DNA of 28,846 nucleotides from Thermotogaceae bacterium (GTDB taxonomy: Bacteria; Thermotogota; Thermotogae; Thermotogales; Thermotogaceae). How positions within the stretch are numbered: the first letter of the stretch is position 1; each line of letters begins with the position of its first letter. Below are positions 16,680 through 24,039 of this stretch, piece after piece. Position numbers and translations under genes: made by a program. Below the pieces are notes generated by a model. That model had not been told where the DNA came from. It searched no databases and saw only the letters and a list, made by a program, of their open reading frames with translations. Where the stretch lies: positions 1 through 28,846 of the forward strand of contig JALVXE010000176.1 in assembly GCA_027038385.1 (NCBI GenBank), read 5' to 3'.

Positions 16680-17558
16680 TCAATCGAATTTGAGCCTCAG
16701 GGATTTCATGTAAATCACCGCGAAGATCGATATTATGACGAATATCGCCACGGATATGGCCGAGCCGTATCCAAACCAATTACCCGTGAACGCCCTGCCC
16801 ATGAGAACATGTCTGTTATACACTGCTAAGGTTTCCGTTCCAACGGCTCCCCTTGTCATGACGTAGACGACGTCAAAGACTCTGAGTGCGTCGAGCGTTC
16901 TGAATATGAGGGCTACCCCTATGGTCGGGAGTATCAGAGGAATTGTGATTTTGAAAAACCTCTGAACTGCGTTCGCACCATCTATTCTAGCGGCTTCGTA
17001 AAGCTCTTCTGGTATCACCTGAAGAGCTGCGAGTATCAGTATAGCCATGAACGGGGTTGTTTTCCAAACGTCGACAAAGATTATCGCCCACATGGCAAGG
17101 CTGGGTCTTCCCAATATCGGTGTTCCCGGACTTATTATTCCGAGTTTCACCCACCATTTGGACACTATTCCAAACTGATCGTGGAACATCCATCTCCACA
17201 TCTGAGACGATACCGCGGTGGGTATCGCCCATGGAACAAGCATGGCGGCTCTTACAAGCCCTCTCAACGGGAACTTCTGGTGCACCACAACCGCCATAAG
17301 GATACCGAGTACAGTTTCGAAGAACACTGAAACGACTGTGAAGAACACGGTGTGTTTCAGAGCGGCTATGAATCTCGGATCTTCCATGAGACGCTCGTAA
17401 TTCATGAGACCTACGAACCTCTTAACACTACCAGGCCTTAAACTGAAGCTGTAAAAGCTGTCGTAGAAGGTTTCAAACAGCGGAAAGAACGCTATCACAG
17501 ATATAACAAGTATTGCGGGAAGGATCATCCAGAAAGCTGTCAGATTGCTCCTTCTCAA
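16680..17558 (-). CDS. Sugar ABC transporter permease (MalF/TreF type)
   Basis: DVWKTTPF, LQVIPEELYEAARIDGA, FDVVYVMTRG, GYGSA; TTG start. Confidence 0.93.
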   Translation of the reverse strand: MRRSNLTAFWMILPAILVISVIAFFPLFETFYDSFYSFSLRPGSVKRFVGLMNYERLMEDPRFIAALKHTVFFTVVSVFFETVLGILMAVVVHQKFPLRGLVRAAMLVPWAIPTAVSSQMWRWMFHDQFGIVSKWWVKLGIISPGTPILGRPSLAMWAIIFVDVWKTTPFMAILILAALQVIPEELYEAARIDGANAVQRFFKITIPLILPTIGVALIFRTLDALRVFDVVYVMTRGAVGTETLAVYNRHVLMGRAFTGNWFGYGSAISVAIFVIISIFAVIYMKSLRLKFD

Positions 17559-17576
17559 GTTACATCACCCCAGAAG

Positions 17577-17595
17577 GGGCGGGGAAACCCCGCCC
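17577..17595 (-). promoter_or_regulatory. GC-rich intercistronic stem-loop after the substrate-binding protein gene
   Basis: GGGCGGGG-TTT-CCCCGCCC on the minus strand, no U-tract. Typical position for an element that stabilises binding-protein mRNA relative to the permeases. Confidence 0.7.
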
Positions 17596-17598
17596 ATA

Positions 17599-18837
17599 TC
17601 ACTGACCGAGTGTCCACCTGAGCTCCTTTGCCATTTTCTTCACCGCGGTTTGTGGATCCATCTGATTCGTCAAAACGGCGTGCACGTATCTTTGGATTAT
17701 GTCTGAAACATCGGTGTAGTTGGCAACTCTCGGCCTTGGAAGTGCGTTTATGAACACGTTGAACAGTTTGACCATGAACGGAGCAGCTTTTTCGAGAGAG
17801 GAGTCTTGATATACGTACTTTCTCGTCGGGTTCTGCCCGGCGTTAACAGCCTTGTAAAGTTCCTGATGATAGCTCGTGAGGAATCTTATGAGTTTTATAG
17901 CCGCGTCTTTTTGCTCTTTGGATGCGTATTTGTTTATACCGAGGACCCATCCACCAAGGGTTGCAGCATGTCTTCCCCCAGGTCCCATTGGAAGCACAGT
18001 AACCCCCACTTTCCCTCTAACTGGGGAATCTGGGCTGTTGAGGAGCGACCAGGCGTACGGCCAATTTCTCATGAACACGGCTTTGCCATTTTGGAAGAGT
18101 CTTCTCGCATCTTCTTCCATATAAGTCGTGACTCCTTCTGGACTGATCTTGTATTTGTATATGAGATCTTTCATAAACTGAAGTGCTTTAACGGCAGCGT
18201 CTCCCTTGTCTATCACAACTTTTCCGTTGTCATCGAGAACGTCTCCGCCGAAGGACCACAGGTATTCCATGAAATCACACACGAGTCCTTCGTATTTAGC
18301 ACCCTGCCACACAAATCCCTCTATTCCTTCAGCTTTTGATATCTTTTGAGCCATCTCAACGAGTTCACTCCAAGTTCTCGGTGGGTGATCGTATCCGTAC
18401 TTCTTCAAAAGGTCTTTCCTGTAGTAGAGCAGCCCTGCGTCCGTGAACCAAGGGATCGCAACTATCTTCCCGTTGACTGTGACCGATTTCACAGTACCTG
18501 GAAGGAACCTGTCGAGTGCGAAGTAATCCTTGTACTTCGTCAGATCTTCGAGAAAGGGTGCAAACTCCGCAGGCCATATAACGTCCAGCATGAGGACAAC
18601 GGGATCCGGTTGTTTGGCAGCGAAGTATGTAACGTACAAATCATGCCTTTGAGTAGAGCTGTCTGGCATCGGTATTATCTCAACCTTTATATCTGGGTAT
18701 ATCTGGTTGAACATCTGAATCTGCTTTTTCAGAACCTCGAGTTCCTTACCAACGCCTCCAGAAGTCATGGTTATTTTTATGGAAAAAGCCACGGCTGTTA
18801 TCAAGACTAGAGTTAAAACTAATGTAAGCCTTTTCAC
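17599..18837 (-). CDS. Trehalose/maltose-type ABC substrate-binding protein (MalE/TreE family)
   Basis: Type I signal peptide (...AVAFS, no lipobox Cys); LMLDVIWPAEF, AIPWFTDAGLLYYRKDLL, WQGAKYEGL, FMRNWPYAW, LGGWVLGIN; GTG start after AGGAGGAGGTGG. Confidence 0.92.
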   Translation of the reverse strand: MKRLTLVLTLVLITAVAFSIKITMTSGGVGKELEVLKKQIQMFNQIYPDIKVEIIPMPDSSTQRHDLYVTYFAAKQPDPVVLMLDVIWPAEFAPFLEDLTKYKDYFALDRFLPGTVKSVTVNGKIVAIPWFTDAGLLYYRKDLLKKYGYDHPPRTWSELVEMAQKISKAEGIEGFVWQGAKYEGLVCDFMEYLWSFGGDVLDDNGKVVIDKGDAAVKALQFMKDLIYKYKISPEGVTTYMEEDARRLFQNGKAVFMRNWPYAWSLLNSPDSPVRGKVGVTVLPMGPGGRHAATLGGWVLGINKYASKEQKDAAIKLIRFLTSYHQELYKAVNAGQNPTRKYVYQDSSLEKAAPFMVKLFNVFINALPRPRVANYTDVSDIIQRYVHAVLTNQMDPQTAVKKMAKELRWTLGQ

Positions 18838-18867
18838 TCAAACCACCTCCTCCTTTTTGATTTGACA

Positions 18868-18939
18868 TGAACATTATATCAATCTCGTGACGACTGGACG
18901 AAATTTTTCACCATTTTACTTTCAGACTGTGAACATTAT
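18868..18939. repeat. Direct repeat TGAACATTAT x2 (18868-18877 and 18930-18939)
   Basis: Exact 10-bp copies 62 bp apart in the divergent intergenic region; the first overlaps the malE -10. Confidence 0.55.
18873..18881 (-). promoter_or_regulatory. Extended -10 promoter of the malEFG-treT operon
   Basis: Minus strand TG-A-TATAAT, about 36 nt upstream of the GTG start. Confidence 0.65.
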
Positions 18940-18975
18940 CTTCAAACATCACACTCGAACTGTCTCAATCTTTTG

Positions 18976-18984
18976 TGATAAAAT
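18976..18984 (+). promoter_or_regulatory. Extended -10 promoter of tRNA-Ser
   Basis: TG-A-TAAAAT, 10 nt upstream of the tRNA 5' end. Confidence 0.6.
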
Positions 18985-18994
18985 ACCTCCTCGG

Positions 18995-19083
18995 GGAGGC
19001 GTAGCCTAATTGGCTAAGGCGTCGGTCTTGAAAACCGATGGGGTGAACGCCCCGTGTGGGTTCGAGTCCCACCGCCTCCGCCA
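18995..19083 (+). tRNA. tRNA-Ser (anticodon UGA), long variable arm, CCA encoded
   Basis: Acceptor stem GGAGGCG/CGCCTCC, discriminator G, CCA; anticodon arm TCGGT-CTTGAAA-ACCGA; variable arm GGGG-TGAACG-CCCC; T-arm GTGGG-TTCGAGT-CCCAC. Confidence 0.97.
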
Positions 19084-19107
19084 TTTTTCCTTCAGAAGGT
19101 GGGGTTT

Positions 19108-19896
19108 ATGAAATACTTTCTAATTTTGATATCGATCTTGCCGGTTTCGATCCTATCCATGAATTTCAACAACCTTGCGTTGTTCTCATACGATTTCGGG
19201 AATGGATACTCTCTCGTTACATCTTTTGGAGATCTGAACGGAGCGGGGATTGGAGTCAAAGGTAAAGGTTTTGAGTTCGGGATGTCAGCTGGAAACGGGG
19301 CGATTCTTTATACGATATTCAAAAGTTCAAAGAAACTCTTCATATTCTCGAGCGAAAGTAGTTGGTTTGTCTCCGCTGGTTCTTATTTCGAAGATTTTTC
19401 TTACTCCTCCTTATCTCTCGAGAAGACTCCGATACTCGGAAGGTTCGCTGTTAAGATGGCTCTCCTTCCAAGGTGTGATAGGACTGATATCGAGTGTAAA
19501 AAGAAGAGGAGCGAGATGGAAAGATACCTTGATATTCTCTTCAACAGCTCACTTCTCTACAGAAAGGTTTCCTCGTTGAAGATCGGATATTCTCTCGGAC
19601 TTTTGAGACTTCCAAAAGTCCCCGCTTTTGGATTTTACAGGTCTGGTGAAGATCTGATAGCCGGATTGGGGGATACAGATGGGAAAAATGGTTGGATGCT
19701 TGGAATATCCTGGAATAAAAGAGAGTTTGGACTAGGTGGAGTCCTTTCTCTGAGCTGGAAGATCTTTCGATCTGATGTAGGTATATCGATTGAAAAAGAT
19801 GGAACAAAAGCGGTTTTCGGTTTTCAAGTCGATCTGAGAGGTGGAAAACTCTTTGCTCTACTTTCAAAAGATGGACTTGAACTTTACGTCTTCTGA
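19108..19896 (+). CDS. Hypothetical secreted protein, putative outer-membrane beta-barrel (true start ATG 19108; the ORF-track start runs through the tRNA)
   Basis: Signal peptide MKYFLILISILPVSILS; many alternating G/aromatic/hydrophobic strands; C-terminus ...LELYVF. Confidence 0.6.
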   Translation: MKYFLILISILPVSILSMNFNNLALFSYDFGNGYSLVTSFGDLNGAGIGVKGKGFEFGMSAGNGAILYTIFKSSKKLFIFSSESSWFVSAGSYFEDFSYSSLSLEKTPILGRFAVKMALLPRCDRTDIECKKKRSEMERYLDILFNSSLLYRKVSSLKIGYSLGLLRLPKVPAFGFYRSGEDLIAGLGDTDGKNGWMLGISWNKREFGLGGVLSLSWKIFRSDVGISIEKDGTKAVFGFQVDLRGGKLFALLSKDGLELYVF

Positions 19897-20983
19897 TCTG
19901 TTCGTCTACGTGCATGTTCCATTTTGTGTTAAGAAATGCCTCTACTGTGATTTTGTCTCCTCAACCGATTCTTCGCTGATCGAAGGCTATTTCGAAGCCT
20001 TAACATACGACATCAATTCTTTCAGGAGCCTTCTAGACGGTCGATCCATAAGAACCGTTTATTTCGGCGGCGGCACTCCGTCACTCGTGAATCCGACATA
20101 TCTTTACAGAGTTTTAAAGATATTCGAAAAGTTCGGCTTTGATCCGGTTGAGATAACCGTGGAGCTCAACCCGGAGTCCACAACGAGGGATAAACTCGCC
20201 CTTTACAAGTATATCGGGGTAAACAGGGTCAGCTTGGGCGTTCAGGCGTTCGATGACGATGTTCTGAAGCTCTCCGGAAGACCTCATGGAACACTGAAAA
20301 TCCTGAAAGCTTTGGAGGATATCTCCGCCCTTTTTGAAAATTTCAACATCGATTTCATAGTTGGGCTCCCCGGGTACGATGAAGGAGTTGTTGAGAAAAA
20401 CTTAACGCTCGTGGATCGCTTCAGACCTTCTCATGTCTCCGTATACACACTGGAGCTTCACGAGAGCACCCCGATCTACAGGATGTACGTATCGGGAAAG
20501 CTGGATCTTCCAAAAAACACGATGGATCTGTTCTTCAAGATGTCAGAAGGGTTAAAAGGTATGGATTATGAAAGGTACGAGATATCGAACTTCGCAAGGG
20601 AAAACATGTACTCTGTCCACAACCTTTCTTACTGGTACAGCATGAACTACCTAGGATTTGGGGTTTCGGCTGGAGGGTATATCGATAGTTGGAGGTACGT
20701 TAAGATTCCGAGCATAACAGAATACATAAAGGATCCGGGAAAGTTATCTTACGACAAAGTGAACACTCCATGTGAAGATTCAAAAGAGATCCTCTTCATG
20801 GGTTTAAGACTTGTTGAAGGGATTTCAAAGGAACGTGTCCCATACGCAGATGTCATGTTGAGGAAGATTTCAGAGCACATTTCAATTCGCGATGGGAATA
20901 TAGTTTTGAGGAATCTCGATAGTTCTGAGGCGTTTGAGATCATCGCGGATTTCGATTGTCAAACCTTTAAAGGCTCGTCGTGA
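19841..20983 (+). CDS. hemW: Radical SAM HemW (HemN-like) protein; start uncertain (19841-19877)
   Basis: YVHVPFCVKKCLYCDF, YFGGGTPS, NRVSLGVQAF, YERYEISNFA, HNLSYW (HemW-type HNxxYW). Confidence 0.88.
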   Translation: MENSLLYFQKMDLNFTSSDLFVYVHVPFCVKKCLYCDFVSSTDSSLIEGYFEALTYDINSFRSLLDGRSIRTVYFGGGTPSLVNPTYLYRVLKIFEKFGFDPVEITVELNPESTTRDKLALYKYIGVNRVSLGVQAFDDDVLKLSGRPHGTLKILKALEDISALFENFNIDFIVGLPGYDEGVVEKNLTLVDRFRPSHVSVYTLELHESTPIYRMYVSGKLDLPKNTMDLFFKMSEGLKGMDYERYEISNFARENMYSVHNLSYWYSMNYLGFGVSAGGYIDSWRYVKIPSITEYIKDPGKLSYDKVNTPCEDSKEILFMGLRLVEGISKERVPYADVMLRKISEHISIRDGNIVLRNLDSSEAFEIIADFDCQTFKGSS

Positions 20984-21576
20984 GTGAATATGACGAAATC
21001 TGATCTTTCCACCATCTCGAGGCAGAACTTCGCACCCTCACCCTCCCTGTATCCCTTCATCATTTCATAGTAATCGAGCCTTGTAAAGCATATGTCCCCC
21101 GGAACGAACACCAGTCCCAGGTTTTCCGATTCTATGAGGTAGGAGACGTGCTCTCTCGCGTGCCATGGTGTGTGGAAAACCCTCACACTTTCAAAGAGCT
21201 TCTCACCGCCTCTCAGCTTTTCCACTTTCTTCCAGTACCTCATCGTATCCATGTATTCTTTTCCAACTATGTCGCCAAATTTTTCGTAGTTTTTCTTCTC
21301 GTAGTTTTCGTGGAGGTGCACTGTAGCGTTCTCGAAGTACCTCGTGGCGTACGCGTGATCAAGGTGAAAATGAGTGAGGAGGATGTCCGTTATGTCAGAT
21401 CTCTTTAGATTTCTCTCCGACAATTTTCGCTCGAGCGTTTGATGTGTTACAAAACTCCCCGGATCTATCAGTATGTTTCTATCACCGTGCTGGAGGAGTG
21501 TCACCGTCGAATAAGGCGCGACGGCCACGCCCGGTACGTTGAGACTTCCACCGACTATGAGAACCTCCACTATCAC
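20959..21576 (-). CDS. Metallo-beta-lactamase-fold hydrolase
   Basis: ILIDPG, LLTHFHLDH, HTPWHAREHVS, PGD, terminal THD. Confidence 0.9.
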   Translation of the reverse strand: MIVEVLIVGGSLNVPGVAVAPYSTVTLLQHGDRNILIDPGSFVTHQTLERKLSERNLKRSDITDILLTHFHLDHAYATRYFENATVHLHENYEKKNYEKFGDIVGKEYMDTMRYWKKVEKLRGGEKLFESVRVFHTPWHAREHVSYLIESENLGLVFVPGDICFTRLDYYEMMKGYREGEGAKFCLEMVERSDFVIFTHDEPLKV

Positions 21577-22292
21577 CTTATCACCTCGAAATAAGAAAGT
21601 GTGGATACGAGGACTAGGTAATAAGCAAACGCGTGAAACTTCTTGACTTTCACTATTTTCTTCACGAGAAAAAGGGCGAGAAGCCCGAAAAGGAGTGAAG
21701 AGACAAGACCAAGTGTCGCCTGACCTCCAACCCCCTTGATGTTGAGTATTCCACCAGCAAGTGTAGCGGGTAGAGAAAGGAGGAACGAGTAATAGACCGA
21801 ATCTTCTCCTTCATATCCAAGAAGAAGGGCCGCGGATATCGTCATTCCGCTCCTCGATATACCTGGAAAGAGCGCAAAAGCTTGGGCCAAACCTATGATT
21901 GTCGCGTCGAGAATGCTCATGTTGATCATTTTCTTGCTTCCGTTCTTGACGGAGGCTACCAGAAGGATCGCGGCCGTTATGGAGAACATCAACGGCAGGT
22001 TCCTTGGATTGAACGACTCTTCCACTGTGTCCTTGAACAACAAGTAGACCACACCGGCTGGAATGGTCGAGATTATCAACATGAAGAGCAGCCAAGGCTT
22101 TTTCAAGGCGAGTATGATCTTCTTCAGCGTGAATAAGAAAACCGCTATGAACGTACCAAGATGCAAAAAAGCCACGAACGGCAAGTCGCCCCTAAACCCG
22201 AACATGTATGAGAAGAGAACCAAGTGTCCCGAACTCGATATCGGGAAAAACTCACTGAGTCCTTGAACGATGCCCTGGATGAAGGCCCCCAT
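21573..22292 (-). CDS. uppP: Undecaprenyl-diphosphate phosphatase (BacA)
   Basis: QGIVQGLSEFFPISSSGHL, LHLGT, QAFALFPGISRSGMT. Confidence 0.95.
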   Translation of the reverse strand: MGAFIQGIVQGLSEFFPISSSGHLVLFSYMFGFRGDLPFVAFLHLGTFIAVFLFTLKKIILALKKPWLLFMLIISTIPAGVVYLLFKDTVEESFNPRNLPLMFSITAAILLVASVKNGSKKMINMSILDATIIGLAQAFALFPGISRSGMTISAALLLGYEGEDSVYYSFLLSLPATLAGGILNIKGVGGQATLGLVSSLLFGLLALFLVKKIVKVKKFHAFAYYLVLVSTLSYFEVIR

Positions 22293-22897
22293 CAGAAGCC
22301 TTCCTCCTTGATTATCTCGTCGTACTCTATCCCGTAGTCTCTCAAGAGCCCCGCAACGGCTTCCGAATCCATCGAGTCTATCCTTATAACTACTCTTCTT
22401 TTATCTTCACTCTCTCTAAAAGTGAGGAGTGATAGGATGTTGATCCTGTTTTCTGCAAGAGCATCGACTATCTTTCTGAGGGCTCCAGGAACGTCTGGAA
22501 GAACAAGTGAAATCCTCGTTCCAGGTTCATCCATCGCAGTTATCTCTATCATGGATTCGAGTATATCCTGCAGGGTTATTATCCCTTGAACTTTCAAATC
22601 ATCATCAACCACGGGTATGAAATCCTCGTTGTGCTCCATGAAAACGAGAAAAGCTTCCTCTATGTGATCCTCTGGGCCTATGTATAGCTCGGGAAGTATG
22701 AGAAAATCGTCTATTGTTTCATCAGCGGATTTGTCGAATATGTCACGTTTTTTCACGATTCCAGAGAATTCCCCATTTTCGTTCACCACGATTATTCCAG
22801 GAAATCCATACGTATCCATGACCTTGAGAGCGTCTTTAACCGTGGAACCAGTTTTAATCGTGGGAGCGCTCTTTGTCATCCAGTTCTCCACTCTCAT
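22292..22897 (-). CDS. CBS-pair + ACT domain protein (AcuB-like)
   Basis: Two CBS repeats (WMTKSAPTI..GIVKKRDI; IPVVDD..GIITLQDIL) and ACT segment LPDVPGALRKIVDALAENRINILS. Confidence 0.88.
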   Translation of the reverse strand: MRVENWMTKSAPTIKTGSTVKDALKVMDTYGFPGIIVVNENGEFSGIVKKRDIFDKSADETIDDFLILPELYIGPEDHIEEAFLVFMEHNEDFIPVVDDDLKVQGIITLQDILESMIEITAMDEPGTRISLVLPDVPGALRKIVDALAENRINILSLLTFRESEDKRRVVIRIDSMDSEAVAGLLRDYGIEYDEIIKEEGF

Positions 22898-24039
22898 TTC
22901 CAGCCACCTCCGATCTCTTTTGTTATCGCGTTTTTATCCCCTTCGACTATCGCCCTAATACCCTTCAAATCACTAACGTAGAATACCTTTCTCATGAGCT
23001 CGATTTTACCATTAGGTGGAATCCAGACTCTCACGTTTTTTACGGAATAGATCTTTTCACCATCGCTCGAATAGACAACCAATATGGCGCTTTTCACATC
23101 AAAAAACCTGTCCTTTTTCGATGTGTTTACCAAAAAGAGCTTCGTCTCTATTCCTTCTGAGACTTTGTAGTAATCGAATAGTATCTTCACGTCCTTCATA
23201 CTCAGGTCTCTTTTGCTTATCACCATGAATGGAAGAGCGACTTTTCTCATCTTTGCGTTCACCATGGCCTTAAAGCTTATGATATAAAGGCCTCTTTCCA
23301 AGAAGTTCACGGCTGGTCGATAGTGAAAAACAAGCCTAGCAGATTTAGGAGGAACAATTCCCTCAAATCCGGGAGTCCCCGTCCTATCCAGGACTTCTTT
23401 TCCTTTGGTTATCTGAACCTCTCCTGGCGACACAACCGCGTTCACACTCTCTGAAGTGTTGTTTACAACGACGATGTCATACTCTGGACTCTCACCTGGA
23501 AAATAAAAGGGTTGATAATCGGAGAAAGTCAAGGAAAGGCTGTACTTCACAGAGAAACTTCTTACAAATCTGTACTTTCCTATGTTGGTATCCACAACGA
23601 TCGAATATTCGTACTCCCCAGGATTTGCTATAGAGAACGAATCTTCCATCAGAAGAACGTAATCGTATGGTGGTACGCTCACGGATATATCAGGATGAAG
23701 TTCCTGGGTGCGCACGAGACTCCCAACTCGGTCCGTAACCTCTATCCTGACGTCGGATATCAGAAGTTTGAGTTCTTTCCCTTTCGAGTTTACAAGTCTT
23801 ATCTGAGGGGATATCTCGTCGCCGGCCATGTATTCGTCTTCCATCTTTATGTATATTGAGAATGGTGCGGCGCTCTTCATCTTGAATATCCCAAGCATTA
23901 TCATCACCGCTCCAACGAGAAGAACATTCACGAAGAAATAAATCCAGCTTCTTCTGCGAAGCTGAGGAACTCTGTCATGCTTTTTCTTCTCCTCATCTAT
24001 CTTTCTCCATTCTTCGGGGCTTCTCGAGTAGTACTTCAT
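22894..24039 (-). CDS. Hypothetical single-pass membrane protein with large beta-rich (Ig-like?) extracytoplasmic region
   Basis: Charged cytoplasmic N-tail, one TM (WIYFFVNVLLVGAVMIMLGIF), about three beta-sandwich-like segments; ATGA overlaps at both ends support it being real. Confidence 0.75.
   Translation of the reverse strand: MKYYSRSPEEWRKIDEEKKKHDRVPQLRRRSWIYFFVNVLLVGAVMIMLGIFKMKSAAPFSIYIKMEDEYMAGDEISPQIRLVNSKGKELKLLISDVRIEVTDRVGSLVRTQELHPDISVSVPPYDYVLLMEDSFSIANPGEYEYSIVVDTNIGKYRFVRSFSVKYSLSLTFSDYQPFYFPGESPEYDIVVVNNTSESVNAVVSPGEVQITKGKEVLDRTGTPGFEGIVPPKSARLVFHYRPAVNFLERGLYIISFKAMVNAKMRKVALPFMVISKRDLSMKDVKILFDYYKVSEGIETKLFLVNTSKKDRFFDVKSAILVVYSSDGEKIYSVKNVRVWIPPNGKIELMRKVFYVSDLKGIRAIVEGDKNAITKEIGGGWK

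Noticed and set aside
19089-19099. CCTTCAGAAGG palindrome near the RBS downstream of the tRNA
   Set aside because: At most a 4-bp stem with a 3-nt loop; too weak to call regulatory.
19054-19107. N-terminal extension of the putative barrel ORF (MWVRVPPPPP...)
   Set aside because: It is a translation of the tRNA T-arm and acceptor stem; the signal peptide starts at ATG 19108.
18995-19896. tRNA-Ser as an integration site for an island
   Set aside because: No integrase, no duplicated tRNA 3' end seen in the window, no obvious composition shift, and the downstream genes (hemW, uppP) are housekeeping.
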